A stretch of DNA of 62,192 bases, the filler included, from Globobulimina sp. (lineage: Eukaryota): NCBI GenBank assembly GCA_003354225.1. It is 19 parts of 19 records of this genome, joined end to end, with 100 filler letters (N's around TTAATTAATTAA, not from the genome) between each part and the next. Parts side by side here need not be neighbours in the genome. Positions count along the whole stretch, not along the records: positions 9,842 to 13,021 come from PIVH01003484.1; positions 13,122 to 16,301 come from PIVH01003485.1; positions 16,402 to 19,581 come from PIVH01003486.1; positions 19,682 to 22,861 come from PIVH01003487.1; positions 22,962 to 26,140 come from PIVH01003488.1; 14 more parts are not named here. One strand, given 5' to 3'. Below are positions 12,789-23,105 of the stretch, piece after piece. A program made the position numbers and the translations under genes. The first letter of the stretch is position 1. Each line of letters starts with the position of its first letter. Below the pieces are notes generated by a model. It searched no databases and had not been told where the DNA came from. It saw only the letters and a program-made list of their open reading frames with translations.

Positions 12789-13121
12789 TACGACAAAGAG
12801 GTGACGGTGCTTTTTTAGTTGCAGCGTGGTGTCATTATGAAGTAAAGTTGAAGTAAAGTTGAAGTTGGTACAGATACACTAATTTTTGTTTGTTGATTGT
12901 GCGTTTTTTGCATTTGTTCTTGTTGACGGTGCATTTCTTCCATTTGCTTTAATTCAGCCATTTTCAATTCGATTGCGAGGTTCTTTGACAGCAATTCATT
13001 TCGAAATTGGTCCATTTGTAGNNNNNNNNNNNNNNNNNNNNNNNNNNNNNNNNNNNNNNNNNNNNTTAATTAATTAANNNNNNNNNNNNNNNNNNNNNNN
13101 NNNNNNNNNNNNNNNNNNNNN

Positions 13122-13221
13122 TTAGTACTTGTTTTGAAAATAACCTTTTCCAGACAGGCGTCTCTCGGCTTCGCCTCGAGAACTACTGTCTGGAAAAAGG
13201 TATTTTCAAAACTCGTACTAA
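13122..13221. repeat. About 100-nt imperfect palindrome with central GGCTTCGCC hairpin (non-autonomous element-like)
   Basis: TTAGTAC..GTTTTGAAAATA..CTTTTCCAGACAG pairs with CTGTCTGGAAAA..TATTTTCAAAAC..GTACTAA. Confidence 0.85.
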
Positions 13222-13376
13222 AAAAAACAAAATCTCGGATATTTTCTCAAACGTATAGAATGTACTCGATTCTATAAAAGTAACAGAATATACTATTTCA
13301 TAATCTACCCATTTTACCATCGACCTGTGCAAAAATTGAATTTGAACAAGAACAACTGGACAGAATAAGGAGTATT

Positions 13377-14567
13377 ATGTGCGATCATTTCCAATTATTA
13401 ATGCAACTCCGCCACTTAACCATTGACAAAAAAGAATATATTTCGCAGCATGAGATCACGACAGATTTACTTTATGATTTAAATAATAACAAACAAAATG
13501 CAAATGAATCAATACGCGCCACTTTGGAAAACAATTATTTTTCAACAAATAATTATAAGTGGCGGACCCGTAATTTATTGAATTATTTTACAAATGACAT
13601 ATTTAAGAATATGTGTATAAAAACGGCATTTAATATTGCTGGAATGGATAAATATTTTGAATTTAATAAAGGTTTTTTGAAATCATTGAAACAAAATTTT
13701 AAATATTTTGAGACAAATAACATTCAAATTACTAAACAATTTAAGCCGTCATTTATGAGCATACCAAATATTAAAAAAAAGAAAAAATTGAAGAAAAAAT
13801 CAACTCCACATTTTAGCAAATATGAAACAGAATTGTTAGAACTCGGAATGAGAGCATACGGACAAAGCATAAGACCAAAAACAAATATTTATGGCCGCTT
13901 ACTTCCGGATTGGAATAAAATACAAAAACGGTATTTCCCGCATAAAGATATTCGTTTTCTGCAGTTGCGATTAGGCCGTTTGAGGGCAAAAAATGCGAAA
14001 AAAAATGATAGCAATATTGCGAATTTTGGGAGAATGCGAGCGAAAGCAAAGAAAATGAACGACAAAGATGTGAAATTATTGTTGAAAGGCATTGAAATAT
14101 TTGGTTTAAGCGATTGGGCATCGATTAGTAAGCAATTATTGCCGCATTGGGAACGAAGGAAATTAAGAAAAGTGTGGTTGCGACAAATAAAGCCGACATT
14201 GAAAGAAAACGAGGAACTGGAATTAATGACAAAATTTCATGAAAAACAGGATGGAAATTTCAATAAAAAGACAAAAAACGATAATTGTGCACGTAATAAT
14301 TATTGCGATGTTATTTGTGAGGGAACGTTGCAATTTCCACTTTTATCACAAATACAAGAAGTCGAAATATTGCATGATAAGTACAAATTGAATAATTTGA
14401 GGAATCATATTAAAGGTATTATGGATGTACGAGCGACAATGTATCCGTTTGCAAATTATAATGGGAATGTTAATTTTTTCAATCCATCACAGGATGCAAT
14501 GCAAAGGCAAATAAATGAGAATAAGAATGAGGAGATGGATATTCACCAATTGTTTGCACATAAATAA
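13377..14567 (+). CDS. Tandem SANT/Myb-like protein, GON4L/DUO3-like (frame extends upstream, probably 5' partial)
   Basis: QLDRIRSIMCDHFQLLMQ, FSKYETELLELGMRAYG..DWNKIQKRYFPHK, LLLKGIEIFGLSDWASISKQLLPHW match the GON4L/plant DUO3 motif order. Confidence 0.7.
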   Translation: MCDHFQLLMQLRHLTIDKKEYISQHEITTDLLYDLNNNKQNANESIRATLENNYFSTNNYKWRTRNLLNYFTNDIFKNMCIKTAFNIAGMDKYFEFNKGFLKSLKQNFKYFETNNIQITKQFKPSFMSIPNIKKKKKLKKKSTPHFSKYETELLELGMRAYGQSIRPKTNIYGRLLPDWNKIQKRYFPHKDIRFLQLRLGRLRAKNAKKNDSNIANFGRMRAKAKKMNDKDVKLLLKGIEIFGLSDWASISKQLLPHWERRKLRKVWLRQIKPTLKENEELELMTKFHEKQDGNFNKKTKNDNCARNNYCDVICEGTLQFPLLSQIQEVEILHDKYKLNNLRNHIKGIMDVRATMYPFANYNGNVNFFNPSQDAMQRQINENKNEEMDIHQLFAHK

Positions 14568-14973
14568 TATGTACGTAATTTATTAAAGTTAAATAAGATA
14601 AGACCGCTCTATAATTCACTCTGCTTATTTCTAATAACAGAGTCTATATAATCCTGATCAACCAATCTAAATTGCAATTATATTGCATGTGATTATTATC
14701 AGTCAATAGATTATTATTCGATTTGTTAAGTTTGTTTTGTTTTTTTGTTCGTTCCGAAAAATAGAATTAAGAATTTTACCCACTTTAGTCATCTTTAAAT
14801 ATTAACAGTGTTTTGAAGGAAAAAAAAAATCTTTAGCTATAGAACGTTAACAGTACGTACGTTTTTGAGATGTCTCCTTTTTTAAGTGCGAGAATAAATG
14901 TATTCAAAACGGGAAGAAAAGTGTTTGGAAAAGCCTATTAATTATTAATTATTTAATTCAATATTATATCATG

Positions 14974-15518
14974 TCATTTCTTTTTGGAAAATTCCTTCCG
15001 TGCTATTTTTACTGCAGAAACTGTACCAATAACAAAAGAGGTCAAAACACACAATAATGCTGAGACTGCAAAATATGGTGCTCGCGCTTTTGCTGATTTC
15101 TGATATGCTTTACCTATATGTCCATATTTATTAATATCATATTATATATTTAATATATAAACATTTGAAACATACCATATCCTAATCTTACAATTGGAAA
15201 CATGACAGATGAATAAGTCACAGCCTTAAATGCTTTTGAATCAGCGCCATACGCATCTTTTGTAAGTAAGGCAGAAACCCAAAAAATGGGTTGAGAAATT
15301 GCAGTCCATTCAATTAAATTCATGTATTGCCAATATATACGCTTCCATTGTTCTCTATCCTTTTCCGTTGCAGATTCACTGATTTCTGTGGATGGATTTT
15401 TTACACCGTATTTTTTCCGAGCTGCGTGCACATCTGCAATTGCTACAAATGTCACAAAGCCACATCCAAGAGTTCCTAATGCTGGTAATATTAATGAACT
15501 AATCGCGCTGTCTGACAT
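14974..15518 (-). CDS. MAPEG family membrane protein (microsomal GST/LTC4S-like); exons 15518-15176 and 15113-14974
   Basis: VHAARKKYGVKNP, KRIYWQYMNLIEW, VRLGY|GKAYQKSAKARAPYF; four hydrophobic helices; 62-nt GT-AG intron. Confidence 0.8.
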
Positions 15519-16401
15519 GGTTCTGGTGAAAGATAAAAAACAAAAACTGAAAGCAAGTACTAACTCAAAAACTTCAAAATTGAGTATCTTTTTAATAATT
15601 TGTGATCTGTCTGCCTTTATGGCGGAAGCAGCACAAGCACAAACTTCTGACATCGCTCAGCAACAAACTTCTGAGAAATATTGAATTATTATTATATTTA
15701 AATGATTTTGGTTTGGTTGCTAAATGCTTCATTCTTTTTAAATAAATTGTTAATAATTTATAAGGGTTAATTAACCACAAACACACACAATCAATATAAG
15801 CAGAAATACTGCGTTTCACTTGAATTTATGATGTATTAATTTGGCAAAGTCCATGCTCGTTATACAACAAAAAATCACGATTGTGTATTGAGTTTATGGA
15901 CGTTGCCATTTGTTATTAAACATACATATGCATGGAATTAGCCATATGAATTTGCTAGCTTATTTTTTGAAAGTTAAGCACCAGTCAAAGGCTGGATATT
16001 GTTCAGCACTTGGTCAAAAAATTTGGCAAGGTGTCATGAAGTAGATGAGGTGTCAATGAAAAGAATGGAAAAATGCATCAAAAAGGGCGCATGGGCGAAG
16101 GCGTACAGGGGAACGAAGCCTACATTCGTACAGGGGAATCAAAAAGGGCGCAAAGGTGACTCCAATGACGCTGCGCTCAGACGGCAGCAGCAGTGATCCC
16201 GCGCGAGACTGCGCAACCCTGGGCCACCACCACCACCACCGAATTATGGGAGTGTGCCCCACTTTGCGCCATGCGCCCACGGCGCCGAGACCACCAATTA
16301 TNNNNNNNNNNNNNNNNNNNNNNNNNNNNNNNNNNNNNNNNNNNNTTAATTAATTAANNNNNNNNNNNNNNNNNNNNNNNNNNNNNNNNNNNNNNNNNNN
16401 N

Positions 16402-19400
16402 ACAAATTCATTTTAAACAGCGCCGATACCAAAATAGCGGGCATTCGCTTATGTTGCAGCAACTCTATGGATTTCAATAAATTTAAGAATGAATGCAATA
16501 ATATGGACATCATATTTAAATTCCTAGAATCTATCATTGGTGTTTATAAGATCACGGATGAGATATTGGGCGTTGACAGCGCCAAATGTGCCGAGATAAT
16601 GACCAAAATACGCATTCATTGGCTCACGTATTTTATGTCTGGTCTGCAATATATGTACAGTGGGTGGGCCTCGACAGCCCCTATCAATAAACGGGATGCT
16701 GCATACTGGGATCAATTGAAAAAGTGGGAGAAAATTAATATTCCCATTGTGATTGGCGCGACTTTCAAACACATCGAGTCGATGCGAGCTAAATGTTCGA
16801 CTCAGGATTACTGCAAGTTTTTAAAAGTAATCGCAACAAACTGTTTGCAGTTACAGTCGTTCAGCGGCATCGCAGCCAAGGATCATTTTAAATTGCTATG
16901 CAATCCGAACTTATTTTGTGGTCCAGGAACCGCATTGTTTTGCAGCAATAACAAGGATGAATATACGTATGGCGCTTTATGCTTGAATGAGAATACTTTG
17001 ATGAAATTCAATATGAAATTTTGGTTTTATAACATCATTTGTTCATTTTGGATCCATGTTTGTCCCACACGGCAAGGCTCCACCTGGGTTTATAAAGATT
17101 TTCAAAGCTATTCGTGTGCGGATACCCACCAATGTGAGATTTTTAAGTTCAAATTGGTGCAGAAATCGATCTCGATCTTGCTATCGATTATAAGGAATCA
17201 GAATAACTCCTCCAACTTACAACAATGTGCGATACAGGCATTTACTGCGCTGATTAAGTTTATACAAATGTTCAAAACGAAATACAATGTGGACACTTCG
17301 CTGAAGGAGATTTATACCACATTTAATACATTGAAGTGGGTTCTGGAAGGAAAGCTAAATGATATTGACAAACAATTGGATAATTTATTTAAGATTTTGC
17401 ATGTTAAACAGTATCAAAAATATTCGAAAAAATCTAATAGTATTTCATCGTCGCAATCCCCCAGCACACAGACAAAAAATAATAATAAAAAGAGGTCATT
17501 TTCACAGTTTAATGATACGAACCGGTCAGAGATGCCTATGAATGAGAATAATAAAAGGATGAAGTTAACGGAAGACGGTGATATTAAAATGGAGCAAGAA
17601 GACGATGATGATGGAGGATATCGGGATAAAATACCAAAAAAACAAGACAAATGGATCGATGATGATTATACACAGACTTTAAATTACGAGATAACCACAC
17701 GTGGTGTGATTGAATTGTCCGATGAAGATGTCATGGTCCATGGGAATGAATATTGTAATCCGGAATGGATCATTTATGAAATAGAGACTTTGACTCAATC
17801 CATATTTCGCTGTATACGCTATTGTCGTAATTTTGAACAGGATTTATATCGATATCAACAAAGTAAACCCAGAATAAACGACCGTGATTTCAATATTTAC
17901 ACTGATATTGACATACACAGAGCATCGTTAGCATTTGGTACATATTTGCGTTTGTTGCGCATATATTCCATCCCCAAGAGGTTGCTGCCCCATTTACACT
18001 TTAAAACCAAGGACGAGATTATCGACCAAGGACTAATTGCATTTATTGGCCAATTGACGCCGCAGCAAGCTCGAAGTGTGTGGGCCAAGAATATTAAATT
18101 GTTGATTAAATTGGCGGAGACCTATCCAAACTCAAATGTTTATAGCATCGCGTTAAAGAATTGTTGTAAATGTGCGAGTAAATTAATCACACAAATGCAG
18201 CAGAATCAAAATAGTAATCATAATATGTATAAACGCACTGAACACCAAAACCAAGCGGTTAAATCCTTTATTGCTTGCGATGCGTATTTGGGATATTTAT
18301 TGACAAATTTATCGCAGTTATTAGGCGACGATGCCAATGAGAAAATAGTATTAAATGAATGGTTTGGCAGTGCAGTGACACGATATAAATCTATACAATT
18401 CATTGAAACACACTTTTTCAATGCTACACATTTTAAACAATATTGTACAAAATATAAAGATAATAAAGATGGATATGGATTTATTATTCATCATGATATA
18501 AATTCGCAAAAAAGTATCAGAATACCGACGTTTAATGGCTTTATATTACCGCCCTTTATTGAGGAGGAAAAATTTACATTGTTTGCACAAAAATATTTGC
18601 AATTTCAAAGGCATAAACAAGAAGCAAATGAGAATAAAATGGAAGTGGATATTGATAGTGTTGATGGCGAGCATTACAAAATGGTGTCGTATTTAGATTT
18701 TATGGATGAATCGGAATTTAATTTACTTTCAAACAAAGATAATAAAAATAAACGACAGTTTGGTAGCACACGTTGGGTGCAGTTATATCGACATGAATGG
18801 ATTATTGATACCACGGATGCAGTGATACGCTCATTGTTCAAATTGTTTATGCAAATACATCAGTTACAGTATCCGGGACAGACCAACTCCAGAAATGGGG
18901 GCATTGGCGGTGGATTAGGTGTGGCATGGAAGGGATTAAGCAAATTATATACCGACGCACAACAAATGATTACGCACTATGCAAAAGAGTTAATCTTTAA
19001 ATGCATTACATTATCATTCAAAACTTCGCATTGTTTTACTTATATTCGATTGTTGCAACAAATTATGACCAAATGTATTGAAAACCAATTTGTGGGCTTG
19101 TTGGTACCGTATACAAATTTTATTATTCCTTCATTGGTGTCTTTGAGTAATGATAAATCAAATAAATATAATAATAATTTGAACTTATATCGATATCAAA
19201 CAGATAATAGTAAATATAAAATATTATCATTTATACCGCGTGAATTTACCCATATTTTATGCAAATCGGGTGAATGTTCGCTCATTGTGACCACTGACAC
19301 ATCGTTAATGAGTTTACCATATATTCAACAATTAATGATACCCATTTTAAATGGTTTGAAGCTGGAAAATACAGTAAAATATCCCAAATTAATGGGTAAA

Positions 19401-19581
19401 TCATTGATTGCATTAAATCATTGGTTTGAGTCCTTAACCATTCCATCCATTGAATCACTACTCAATCAATACGGTGATGAATTATGCCGATCATTATGTA
19501 TTATCATACAAAAAGGTACCAACGATACCTTCAAAAAACAAGCAATCCGCGTGTTGCGTAAATTAGGTGGAAATAATCGCA
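16402..19581 (+). CDS. TRRAP: TRRAP/Tra1 (PIKK-family scaffold) N-terminal HEAT region, partial at both ends
   Basis: SLPYIQQLMIPILNGL...ELCRSL...QAIRVLRKLGGNNR matches the TRRAP signature LLPYLPMLMDPLVSAL...AYRVLGKFGGSNR; frame open across the whole contig. Confidence 0.8.
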
Positions 19582-19681
19582 NNNNNNNNNNNNNNNNNNN
19601 NNNNNNNNNNNNNNNNNNNNNNNNNTTAATTAATTAANNNNNNNNNNNNNNNNNNNNNNNNNNNNNNNNNNNNNNNNNNNN

Positions 19682-22600
19682 CAAGGGCTTCCAGTTCGTC
19701 ACCAGTCTTTATATTTATGCGATGATCACAAGAATGGTATAAATGTGTTCAAATCCAAACATTTAAAAAATATGAACAAAATCAGAGATTTAATCAAGAA
19801 ATTATGCGTTTTGCCTGTTTTCATGGACATTCATACCACAGCGCCCATTGCCTTATCAATTTGCGATAATTTCACCAAAGAAATGAGAGTTAGCAATCAA
19901 TGGATGGATAAAAAGCATCATAAAACGTATGATTTAATTCGGTGGAGAAGTAAAATACAGTCTCAATATACGTCATTCACTGCTTCGTTTGTGACATTTT
20001 TACATGGTTTGGGTGCGTATTCTGAGCGTGAAGAAAGTATAAATATTCTGCAAATGGGCCAGGAAGGCGTCGACTTAGTAATTGGTGGCATGAAATTAAT
20101 GGGAGAATGGACGGCCAAATTATGGCAACAAATGGCGTATAAATCAGCAAATCCAATCTCAGAAAGAGAATATTTGATATTAAGCGGGAAGATTAATGCT
20201 GATAAGAATCCGTATAAATGTTACGAACAAATCACCCGTTTTAACTATAAAAACGAATTAAAATATGCCATGGTAGAAATAATTGGATTGATAAAAGGTT
20301 TAAGTAATTTATTATTAAGCAATGAGACCGCTATTCGGGTATTATTATCCAATTATATTTATGTTAAATTGCAAGATTTTGTGTCCATTTCACTGATATA
20401 TCCCTTAAATAAATCGTACAAAAAGAAAAAAGAAAATCTAGAACATTTATTGCTATCCATTCGATTGTGTTGCTGCGATAACGCAAATTCAAAATTAATA
20501 TCTTCAGATTATAAAACCAAGAAAGAAAAGGAAATGAAGAAAAGCATGAAACAGTATGCGTTCAAGCAAAAGAAACGCAAATTATACCCATCAAAGACGC
20601 AAATTTATTTGCTCCGCAGGTTACTGCTGTCAATATTTAGTGAAACGGCGTGCCATCAACAAGCCGGCGTATTATTTGGACATAACTTTTTAAATAAGTC
20701 GCAAGTGAAAGAATTCAATGATTTGTATGTTTTATTGGGCAATGTTTTGTATCTCAGTGACTATAAACATGTGGTGACGGCCTGCAGTGATTTGTCGTTC
20801 TTATGGTATCGCGAATTTTATTTGAATTTGACAGATTGTGTTCAATTTCCAATCTCAATGTCGATCCCGTGGATGCTGACTGATTTTGCGATGTCAACGC
20901 CATCATTGGCGCCCAATGTATTTTTCCCGCTGTCCATCTATAACGATTGCGGTGAATATGCACTGTCAATATTTAACGAACAACATTTATTCGACGAGAT
21001 TGAGGCTGAAGTAAACTTAGTATTCGATCAATTGATATTTACTTTGTATCGAAAGATATTTGATTATTACAAGAATAAAGCTAGCAAAATATTGTTAGAC
21101 AAACAAATGGAAACCGCGTCGATTAAGAAAGTACAACTTCCATTGGCTCATTATGAGTGCATATTTAATTTGAAAAATATCTCCATTTTAGGCAGGAATA
21201 TTGACATTGAATGCTTATTAACAGAGCAATTAAATGCTTTTATTCGCGAGAACATTGAGATTATACTCACGAGATTTGAACAGCAGTCAAGCATTACGGC
21301 CGTGATTGAGATCGAACACTTATTGAAAACATTGCGATTAACTGTCGACATGTTATATGAGTCTGGCTTGAAAGGGTTGGATTCGTTCGATGTGGTTCTG
21401 CAGGAAATAAATGAAGGTACGACATTGGGCAGTTTCCGCGGTCGATTATTTTTAAGTACATATAATAAATTATTTAGTGACTTGCTACGTAATGCAATGT
21501 ATAATCAGTTAACGCAAAGGTTTGTATTCTTATCGCGAGCCAAACATGGCAGAAATAAGAAGATTGACTCATTGTATTTATGGGGCAGTAGATTTACGGC
21601 CATATTTGAGGAAAGATTTAAAATCACGCGCGCTTTTTTTGGTATTTCGCACATTGAATCTATTGTGGAATTAATGGGCATTGATTGCATGCCGTTGTTG
21701 GTTGATGAAAGTGTGAAAACTGTGGCACATATTATTATACGCGATATATCGCCATATATCGAAGAGATACTCGTCAACTTAGACCCAATGAAGCTGCAAT
21801 CTGCGTATTATGGCGTTTTAGGCGTCTATGGTTATTATGATTTGTCACTGAAATTTATAAAATCATATCCTGCGTTGAGGGAAGGAGTATTTACATTGTT
21901 GCGCGAAGCTGGCAATGCTTTATGTTTTGTGCAGTTATTAGATATCGTATTATGTAAACAGTCATATTATAACTATCATATACAGGCATTTTATAATGGC
22001 AATGGCGATAACAATCAGTTTGAAAAGATATTAAAAGAGACACACAATAAAATTCAGTATGATCCAAAGTTGGCAGACTTATTCAAATCGTGTCTCGATT
22101 CTGTTGGAGAGCGAGACAAATATTTTGGTGGTGGTAGTGGTGGCTGGCTATTTAGTGCGACATTGCAATATTTAGATAACAATTTGCGTGAAACTGGTTT
22201 ATTAGCAAAATGGAAAGGGTCAGCAGCTAAAAATGGGATTTTAGAGCATGAAAATCCAAAGGATTTTAGTAGATTTTGGAGTGTGGCAACATTTATATTT
22301 TTAGTGCCTGATTATACTGCAAAAGAAGGAGAAGATGATATTTGTGATGCAGCTTATTTTGGCGATGGATGGCTGTGGGGTGGAACTACAATTTTATATT
22401 TAACCAATTTAATACATAGATATAAATTATTAGATCCTACATTGTATTTAGATAAATTGCAAAGATTATACCCGGTGAATTTAGACAAAAGTCATAAGAA
22501 ATCGGGCATATTTTCATCAAATAAAAATGAGAAGAAATTAGATCCAAAAACTGCTGCATATAAACCATTCGTCAGAGCTTTATTAAATGCATGGAAAGAT

Positions 22601-22696
22601 ATGGAAGGTGATCAAGAATTAATTATTTCCATTTTGAAATCGCATTTTGTTGTTCAAAAAGAACCAATCACGAGATTTACACCCAAATGGCAATAA
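19682..22696 (+). CDS. CYFIP: CYFIP/Sra1/PIR121 (WAVE regulatory complex), 5' partial
   Basis: DLSFLWYREFYLNL..VQFPISMSIPWMLTD, PLSIYND, LFDEIEAEVNLVFDQLIF, ILGRNID, FSRFWS, FGDGWLWGG. Confidence 0.96.
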   Translation, partial: QGLPVRHQSLYLCDDHKNGINVFKSKHLKNMNKIRDLIKKLCVLPVFMDIHTTAPIALSICDNFTKEMRVSNQWMDKKHHKTYDLIRWRSKIQSQYTSFTASFVTFLHGLGAYSEREESINILQMGQEGVDLVIGGMKLMGEWTAKLWQQMAYKSANPISEREYLILSGKINADKNPYKCYEQITRFNYKNELKYAMVEIIGLIKGLSNLLLSNETAIRVLLSNYIYVKLQDFVSISLIYPLNKSYKKKKENLEHLLLSIRLCCCDNANSKLISSDYKTKKEKEMKKSMKQYAFKQKKRKLYPSKTQIYLLRRLLLSIFSETACHQQAGVLFGHNFLNKSQVKEFNDLYVLLGNVLYLSDYKHVVTACSDLSFLWYREFYLNLTDCVQFPISMSIPWMLTDFAMSTPSLAPNVFFPLSIYNDCGEYALSIFNEQHLFDEIEAEVNLVFDQLIFTLYRKIFDYYKNKASKILLDKQMETASIKKVQLPLAHYECIFNLKNISILGRNIDIECLLTEQLNAFIRENIEIILTRFEQQSSITAVIEIEHLLKTLRLTVDMLYESGLKGLDSFDVVLQEINEGTTLGSFRGRLFLSTYNKLFSDLLRNAMYNQLTQRFVFLSRAKHGRNKKIDSLYLWGSRFTAIFEERFKITRAFFGISHIESIVELMGIDCMPLLVDESVKTVAHIIIRDISPYIEEILVNLDPMKLQSAYYGVLGVYGYYDLSLKFIKSYPALREGVFTLLREAGNALCFVQLLDIVLCKQSYYNYHIQAFYNGNGDNNQFEKILKETHNKIQYDPKLADLFKSCLDSVGERDKYFGGGSGGWLFSATLQYLDNNLRETGLLAKWKGSAAKNGILEHENPKDFSRFWSVATFIFLVPDYTAKEGEDDICDAAYFGDGWLWGGTTILYLTNLIHRYKLLDPTLYLDKLQRLYPVNLDKSHKKSGIFSSNKNEKKLDPKTAAYKPFVRALLNAWKDMEGDQELIISILKSHFVVQKEPITRFTPKWQ

Positions 22697-23105
22697 ATAT
22701 AAATAGTGCATTTCTTCTTTTTCTTTCTCTCATTGTAGACATAAATTACAGTTTGAATTCAAAACATTTCGTTTTTGAAACACTGCCTGTTTATAGCCTA
22801 TGGGCGTATGAATGTAATTTATGTAACATCACGAATTTAAAACATGATGAGTTTAAAATAANNNNNNNNNNNNNNNNNNNNNNNNNNNNNNNNNNNNNNN
22901 NNNNNTTAATTAATTAANNNNNNNNNNNNNNNNNNNNNNNNNNNNNNNNNNNNNNNNNNNNACTTAATAAATGGTACAACGAAAAAAACAAAACATTGAT
23001 CAGATCACTCAAAACGTTTTGGGATCGACCATATCAAATACAAACGACAAACATGTACAAATTTTGCTTGTATATGTTTATCGTTAATAATGTGATATCG
23101 TCGAT

